From Capsulimonadales bacterium (lineage in GTDB: Bacteria > Armatimonadota > Armatimonadia > Armatimonadales > Armatimonadaceae): a stretch of DNA of 11,183 bases. The notes under the pieces are model-generated. The model did not search any database and was not told where the DNA came from. It worked only from the letters and a program-made list of their open reading frames with translations. Below, piece by piece: positions 1 to 4,941 of this stretch (position 1 is its first letter; each line of letters opens with the position of its first letter). Made by a program: the position numbers and the translations under genes. The stretch spans positions 1 to 11,183 of the forward strand of contig JANRLW010000097.1 in assembly GCA_033762295.1 (NCBI GenBank). The letters run 5' to 3'.

Positions 1-22
1 TGAGGCGTGCTGCCTTCCCTCG

Positions 23-31
23 ATTATATCA
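23..31 (-). promoter_or_regulatory. Putative extended -10 sigma70-type promoter element pointing left, out of the window
   Basis: The minus strand reads TG-A-TATAAT (31->23), a perfect TGn-TATAAT, followed by purine-rich GAGGGAAGG. There is no good -35 at 17 nt spacing, and the downstream gene lies outside the window. Confidence 0.5.
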
Positions 32-100
32 AGAGCCAGCAAGGTAAAAAAGGCAATAAAACGTGATCCTCCTTCACAACCGCGACCGCTCGCACCGTTC

Positions 101-151
101 GGAAACTTTTTCGACGGCCAACCCGTAACGAAACCGGGGCCGAGGCGTCAA
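101..151 (+). promoter_or_regulatory. Putative ECF-sigma-type promoter(s) upstream of the GH26 gene
   Basis: GGAAAC (101-106), a T5 tract and a 17-nt spacer precede CGTA (124-127). Overlapping this, CGTAAC (124-129) and a 16-nt spacer precede CGTCAA (146-151). Both fit the generic ECF AAC...CGT pattern. Confidence 0.4.
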
Positions 152-201
152 ACCAACGGAATTCCCGTCGCTTCTCCGGCATCCGGAGAGAAGGAGAACG
201 C

Positions 202-1608
202 ATGCAGTCCGCCGCCGAACTCAGACGCCTCGCCGATGCTCTGGTCGCCAAAGGCCGGTATCGAGAAGCCGCGGAGATGTACCGGCGCGAAGCCGCCATC
301 TACCGGAAAAACGGCGATGTCAACGGCGCGAAGGTGGAAGAGATGAAGGCGGCGCGCTGGACCAGCGATATTCGCCTCTACGCGCATCTTCCCGACTACC
401 GTCCCGCCAGCTACCGAACCGCCCTTTCGAAACTCGAACCGCCCTACGGCTGCGCTCTCGGCGCGTTTCTGGACCGCGACGAACGACTGGGACAACCGTT
501 CCGTGCCAACGACCAGAGGCACGGCGACCCGACGAAGTTCGGAGAACTGACCGGCAAAAAGCTGGCCTCGGTCTTCTGTTACCTCTCCTACGGACGACGC
601 TTCCCGCGTGAATGGGTCGAATGGCTCAAGGAGAGGAATATCGTTCCGCATATCGCCTGGGAGCCGAACAGCGGTCTCGGTTCGGTTCGCGAGGACGCCT
701 ATCTGCGCCAGTTCGCCCGTGATCTCGCCGCCGCCGATTGGCCCGTGATCGTCCGATTCGCGTCCGAAATGAACGGGGACTGGACCGCCTACGGCCGCGA
801 TCCCGCCGCCTATAAAGATGCCTGGAGGCTCGTTCACCGGGTTCTGAACGACGCCACCGATAAGGCGGTGATGGTCTGGTGCGTCAACGTCATTCCCGAA
901 AAGCCGATTCCTTCCTTTTATCCCGGCGACGAACACGTCGACTGGGTGGGCATCAACTTTTACGCGGTTCCCTATCACGACAACGATATCAACCGGCCGG
1001 GGCTCTGGGAGAATCCGGCCGACAACCTGGATTTCGTCTACCGGACGTACGCGTCGAAAAAACCGATCATGATCTGCGAGTTCGGGGCGTCGCACCTGTC
1101 CAGAGTGGACGGCAAGGACCGCTCCGCCTGGGCCGCCAACAAGATCAACGAACTGTATTCCTCGCTGCCGCGTCTCTACCCGCGCGTCAAGCTGATCGAT
1201 ATCTTCGACAACGATAACCTCACCTACGCGATGCCGGGACGACAGTTGAATAACTACTCGGTCACGGACTCGGAAACGGTCCTTCGCGGGTACTCGCGCG
1301 CCGTCGGCACCGACTATTTTCTGAGCGATTTCGAACCGTACCGCCGCCCGACACCGGTCGTTCCGCTGATAAAGGCTCTGTCGGTTCCGCGTGGTATACT
1401 GCGGGTGTCGTCGTGGTCACGCTGTTACAGCGAGCGGTATGCGGTCGTCCATACGCTGGACGGAAAGAACCTGCCGCCAATGACCGACTCGGGCGCGCGC
1501 GAGGTGGAACTGGGCCTCTCTCCGGGACCGCATCGCCTGACGGCGACCTTGCTGGACGACCGCGGACGCCTCGCCGCCCGCGCAGAAGCCAGAATCATTG
1601 CCACCTGA
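202..1608 (+). CDS. Glycoside hydrolase family 26 (mannanase-like) protein with an N-terminal TPR-like helical segment and a C-terminal Ig-like domain
   Basis: 468 aa, with a strong SD (GAAGGAG) before ATG 202. GH26 motifs: IAWEP, RFASEMNGDW (acid/base E189), YPGDEHVDWVGINFY and KPIMICEFG (nucleophile E293). N-terminal ADALVAKGRYREAAEMYRREAAIY is TPR-like. C-terminal LSPGPHRLTATLLDDRG is Ig-like. Confidence 0.85.
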   Translation: MQSAAELRRLADALVAKGRYREAAEMYRREAAIYRKNGDVNGAKVEEMKAARWTSDIRLYAHLPDYRPASYRTALSKLEPPYGCALGAFLDRDERLGQPFRANDQRHGDPTKFGELTGKKLASVFCYLSYGRRFPREWVEWLKERNIVPHIAWEPNSGLGSVREDAYLRQFARDLAAADWPVIVRFASEMNGDWTAYGRDPAAYKDAWRLVHRVLNDATDKAVMVWCVNVIPEKPIPSFYPGDEHVDWVGINFYAVPYHDNDINRPGLWENPADNLDFVYRTYASKKPIMICEFGASHLSRVDGKDRSAWAANKINELYSSLPRLYPRVKLIDIFDNDNLTYAMPGRQLNNYSVTDSETVLRGYSRAVGTDYFLSDFEPYRRPTPVVPLIKALSVPRGILRVSSWSRCYSERYAVVHTLDGKNLPPMTDSGAREVELGLSPGPHRLTATLLDDRGRLAARAEARIIAT

Positions 1609-1624
1609 AAACGGAGTTCTAAGG

Positions 1625-2167
1625 ATGCCGGGACCTTACGGGGGACAGTCTCAGCAACGCTGGGGCGACAATACGATCAACGCCAACGAATATCTGCGCG
1701 ATATCATGATGACGGATCTGTCCGGCAGACCGACGGGCACCTCGGACGCCCGACGCAAGGGCATGTGCGTCCTGACGTTCTTCGACACGGCCTCGCCGGT
1801 CAGTCGGGAACTGCTACCCGTGCTGCAGAAGCTGGCCGACGTTTATAAGGAATCCGGCAAGGTGACCGTTCTGGGCGTCTCGCTGAACGATCGAGCGGAG
1901 ACGAAGGCGCTGGTGGATGCACTGGGGATCAAATTTCCGGTGATGACGGACGCCGACCGCTATCACGCGATGGTCTACGGTCTGACCGCCTTCCCCACGA
2001 CGTTCCTGGCCGACGGCACCGGTCTCGTCCTTCGCAAACTGATCGGATACCGGCCGAATATTCTGAATGAAATGAGCGCGGCCGTGGCGACGTTCGCGGC
2101 CGTGGAGCCGATCGATCTCTTTGCACCCCCCGCGCCGCCGCCGGAGCCGGTTCCGGCCGCCGCCTGA
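1625..2167 (+). CDS. TlpA/ResA/AhpC-TSA-like thioredoxin-fold protein lacking the CxxC motif (SPVS)
   Basis: Redoxin pattern: VLTFFDTASPVSRELLPVLQKL...VTVLGVSLND...GIKFPVMTD...YGLTAFPTTFLADGTGLV, with the cis-Pro motif retained. I prefer ATG 1625 over TTG 1598 because GGAG (1613-1616) lies 8 nt upstream and the ORF then does not overlap the GH26 gene. Confidence 0.8.
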   Translation: MPGPYGGQSQQRWGDNTINANEYLRDIMMTDLSGRPTGTSDARRKGMCVLTFFDTASPVSRELLPVLQKLADVYKESGKVTVLGVSLNDRAETKALVDALGIKFPVMTDADRYHAMVYGLTAFPTTFLADGTGLVLRKLIGYRPNILNEMSAAVATFAAVEPIDLFAPPAPPPEPVPAAA

Positions 2168-2169
2168 TC

Positions 2170-2195
2170 GGCAGACGACAACGCCGTCGTCTGCC
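2170..2195. terminator. Stem-loop between convergent genes; possible bidirectional terminator or 3' stabilising hairpin
   Basis: Perfect 10-bp inverted repeat GGCAGACGAC / GTCGTCTGCC with a 6-nt loop, between the stops at 2167 (+) and 2213 (-). There is no U-tract on either side. Confidence 0.6.
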
Positions 2196-2212
2196 CTGTC
2201 CGAACTCACCGA

Positions 2213-3250
2213 TTACGGACCGTCCTCAAAAGGCACCGGTTCGCACTTTCCGGACGCGGCGGATTTATCGGCCGCTTCCAGAATCGCGATGACGCGACGG
2301 GCGGATTCCGGTGTGACATCCAAAGGCGCCCCCTCGGTCAGGTGAGCGTGAATGTTTCGATAATAGTGCCCCCAGTCGGTCGGTTTGTTGCGCAGTTGCC
2401 CCTCCATTCGGAGTCCGTCGACCATTTGAAACAGCCGCATTCCGTCCCGAACCGTGCCATCGTCCAGAATTCCGCCCCGGGTGCCGAGAATCCGCCACCG
2501 GTCCATCGGTACGGTCGCGATCGACCCCTGCGTCAGGTCGGCATTCGATCCGTCGTCGAACCGGATGATGATCTGAACGTAGTCCTCGTTGGTGACATCG
2601 TGCCATACCCGTTTGTGCGAGAACGCGGTGACGTTCACCACCTTCCGTCCGGGCATCAGGTTCAGAATCCAGTCGATAAAGTGCGCCCCCCAATCGTAGG
2701 CCGCGCCCCCGGAAACGGCCTTGTCGGATCGCCACCAGTATCCCGGATGGCCGTACCCCGCCCCGCCCGCCTGAATGGCGAACACGTCGCCGATCCGGTT
2801 CTGTTCGACGATCGCCTCTTTCAATGCCAGAAAGTCACCGTCGTGGCGGCGGTTGTGAAACACGGAGAGCATCACGCCGCTTCGCTTCGCCGTCTCGATC
2901 ATTTCCGTCGCCTCACCGGCGGTCAGGCACATCGGCTTTTCGGTGATGACGTGTTTGCCCGCCGCCAGTGCCTGCACGGCGAGAGGCGCATGTGTGTTGT
3001 GCGGCGTAATGATCGTGATCAGGTCGACCTCATCGTCCCGCAACAGTTCCTCGACGGTCGTGTAGGCGCGAATGCCCGGATAATCCGTCTCCGCGACCCG
3101 TACACGGGCCTCATCCACATCGCAGGCGGCGACCGGTAGAATCCCCGAGTCCCGCATCCAGCCCAGATGGGCTTTTCCCATATTGAACGCGCCGCCGTAG
3201 CCGATGACCGCGCCCCGAATCGTCTTCCGTTCCGCCCTATCGTCCGTCAC
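2213..3250 (-). CDS. Gfo/Idh/MocA family NAD(P)-dependent oxidoreductase
   Basis: 345 aa. Rossmann motif AVIGYGG, plus ITPHNTH, GKHVITEKP, FHNRRHD and GGAAYDWGAHFID. The GTG start is preceded by SD AGGAGG. Confidence 0.92.
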   Translation of the reverse strand: MTDDRAERKTIRGAVIGYGGAFNMGKAHLGWMRDSGILPVAACDVDEARVRVAETDYPGIRAYTTVEELLRDDEVDLITIITPHNTHAPLAVQALAAGKHVITEKPMCLTAGEATEMIETAKRSGVMLSVFHNRRHDGDFLALKEAIVEQNRIGDVFAIQAGGAGYGHPGYWWRSDKAVSGGAAYDWGAHFIDWILNLMPGRKVVNVTAFSHKRVWHDVTNEDYVQIIIRFDDGSNADLTQGSIATVPMDRWRILGTRGGILDDGTVRDGMRLFQMVDGLRMEGQLRNKPTDWGHYYRNIHAHLTEGAPLDVTPESARRVIAILEAADKSAASGKCEPVPFEDGP

Positions 3251-3271
3251 GTTTCCATCCTCCTGCCTTCA

Positions 3272-4006
3272 TTACCGCCCCAACGCCCATAGCGCGCCCC
3301 GACGAACCAGTTCCTGCCAGTTCGGGTCGGCCATGACCTCCGGGAAATGCCCCAGCGACAGATAAAAAATCCGCCCCTTGCCCTCCGTTCGCGTCCAGCA
3401 CACCGGCACCGGCGCATCCGGTTGATCCTCGTAATGCGCGAAACTGCGAGTCTGCGCCAGCAGGTGAACGCGAGCCGGATCATAATGGTTGAAAAGGTAG
3501 AGTTCGTCCCGCACCTGGAACGGGGTCAATCCCGCCGTTATCGGATGTTCGGTGTCGACCCACTCAACGGCGATATCGAGCGGCGCGGGATGAGTCCGGA
3601 AAAGCCCGCCGAGGGCGGCGACGTAGTCCGCGTTCCCCTGAAACGAGTCGGCGGCGCAATGGAATCCGACAAGCGCACCGCCGTTCCGCACCCATTCGAG
3701 GAGGGCCGTCACATCCTCCCCCTGACCGCTGCCCGTGGTGAATAACGCCACCAGCGCCAACCGGGCAAGACTCTCGGCGTTCAGCGCGGAGTAATCGCCG
3801 ATCCTCTCGGTCTCCTCGGCGACGACGCCCGCCGGAGCGTCTCCGGGGAAACGTTTCGGATGGTAGATCCCGCTGACCTCGACCGTCAGTCCGACGGATT
3901 CGAGGACAGCCCGGACGGACGGGATCGCCGGTTCGAGAAAATGGAAGGGGTGGACGCACCCTCCGATAAACAGGGCGGACGGTTGTGCGGTGGCTGGCTG
4001 ACTCAT
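3272..4006 (-). CDS. ThuA-like domain protein (class I glutamine amidotransferase-like fold)
   Basis: 244 aa with GGALVGFHCAADSF, GGLFRTHP, HPITAGL, DELY and PVCWTRTEGKGRIFYLSLGH, all typical of ThuA domains. It ends 21 nt before the oxidoreductase start, so the two are probably co-transcribed. Confidence 0.85.
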   Translation of the reverse strand: MSQPATAQPSALFIGGCVHPFHFLEPAIPSVRAVLESVGLTVEVSGIYHPKRFPGDAPAGVVAEETERIGDYSALNAESLARLALVALFTTGSGQGEDVTALLEWVRNGGALVGFHCAADSFQGNADYVAALGGLFRTHPAPLDIAVEWVDTEHPITAGLTPFQVRDELYLFNHYDPARVHLLAQTRSFAHYEDQPDAPVPVCWTRTEGKGRIFYLSLGHFPEVMADPNWQELVRRGALWALGR

Positions 4007-4120
4007 AGCGTTATACGACTCCTGCGAATAATTCCCACAAACGTCCGTCCGTTCCCTTCCCGTCCACGGGACGTTCGGAATTTTTCGGCGGACATCAGGA
4101 AAGCGCCCCGCGCCCGGAGA

Positions 4121-4825
4121 TTAAAGATTATAGTTCACGCCCAGAAAGAGGATATCCAGTCGGCGGTCCCGCCCGCCCCGGGGCGGGTTGAGGAAGGTGG
4201 GCAGATACCCGATCTCATACCGGACGTGGCGACTCGGGGAGTGGGCAAGTCCGAAGTAGACACGATTCTGGTCGAAGCCCGCCTGTGGTCCGCGGGGCGT
4301 GTCGTTCAGGTTCCAGAAGATTTCGTCGTACCAGACGGCGGCCCACCGTCGATCCCGGGTGAGCGGGTAGGCGACGCGCACCAGATGGCGGAGACGATCG
4401 GCCCGCGCGCCCGCCCCTGCGATCGAACGCTGTTCCAGTCGGGTGCGATTCACCAGGTCCAGAGTCGGGAAGCGATTTTCGACCAGAACCTGCTGGAACC
4501 AGCGTCCCTCATGCCGGAATTCCGGCTGAAACGTCGGGGTCCAGCCATAACCGAGCCAGATCGAGACATTGCGATGCACCTGATAGCCGAACGCAGGACG
4601 CAGCAACAGGCGATCCAAGGAGCGATAGTCATATCCGAGACGCGGCTGGACCTCGAGATAGAGACGCATTCGGTCTCCGACCCGTGCGTTGAAGGTCAAC
4701 AGGGTCCACTGCTGCCCATCGGTTTCCTGGGCGGCAACCGGCGCGGACGACAACACTCCCAGAAGGAGTAAGCCCGAGAGGCGAAGCCCTTTATACGACG
4801 GACGGTATTTTCGGAACGTGACCAT
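4121..4825 (-). CDS. DUF2490-like outer-membrane beta-barrel protein
   Basis: 234 aa. Basic N-region and hydrophobic stretch with a VAA|Q cleavage site, followed by amphipathic beta-strands. Motifs EVQPR, LLRPAFGY, RTRLEQR, YDEIFWN and GFDQNRVYFG; the C-terminal strand is LFLGVNYNL. Confidence 0.8.
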   Translation of the reverse strand: MVTFRKYRPSYKGLRLSGLLLLGVLSSAPVAAQETDGQQWTLLTFNARVGDRMRLYLEVQPRLGYDYRSLDRLLLRPAFGYQVHRNVSIWLGYGWTPTFQPEFRHEGRWFQQVLVENRFPTLDLVNRTRLEQRSIAGAGARADRLRHLVRVAYPLTRDRRWAAVWYDEIFWNLNDTPRGPQAGFDQNRVYFGLAHSPSRHVRYEIGYLPTFLNPPRGGRDRRLDILFLGVNYNL

Positions 4826-4833
4826 AGCGGGTC

Positions 4834-4839
4834 ATTCTA
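4834..4839 (-). promoter_or_regulatory. Putative -10 element (TAGAAT) just upstream of the DUF2490-like start codon
   Basis: The minus strand reads TAGAAT-gacccgct-ATG, a 5/6 match to TATAAT, with no SD in between. Confidence 0.35.
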
Positions 4840-4941
4840 CCGCAAAGATCGCGTTTTCCGGACGTCACTTCCTTTCCGGTTGTTTTTGCGATTCCTGACC
4901 GGAGGAAAGGAATTCGACGGGTCAACGGTCAAGTTGGCGGT

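Noticed and set aside
7..66. Small ORF GTG...TGA (VLPSLDYIKSQQGKKGNKT)
   Set aside because: Only 19 codons with no visible SD, and it overlaps AT-rich promoter-like sequence.
61..79. Second Rex/CRP-like site ACGTGAT-CCTCC-TTCACAA
   Set aside because: The right half is perfect, but the left half matches only 4/7 and the spacer is one base too long.
148..1095. 315-aa minus-strand ORF, and other long antisense or overlapping ORFs (2342-3139, 3860-4771, 4837-6024, 6081-6788, 6556-7395, 7540-8190, 8700-9755)
   Set aside because: They overlap genes with clear family motifs and have no recognisable motifs themselves. Such shadow ORFs are expected in GC-rich DNA.
1598..1624. TTG start for the redoxin, as given in the ORF track
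   Set aside because: It overlaps the GH26 gene and lacks an SD; ATG 1625 has GGAG at good spacing.
1793..1804. Selenocysteine explanation for the missing CxxC
   Set aside because: The codons are TCG and AGT, and the ORF contains no in-frame TGA.
4040..4118. Short inverted repeats in the ThuA/DUF2490 intergenic region (AACGTCC/GGACGTT; weak GC hairpin near 4101-4115)
   Set aside because: The stems are short or rely on G-U pairs, with long or very small loops and no convincing U-tract.
4909..4935. SigR/SigH-like promoter GGAAT...GTT before the peptidase
   Set aside because: The spacer is 19 nt rather than the usual 17-18, and the motif is too short to support.
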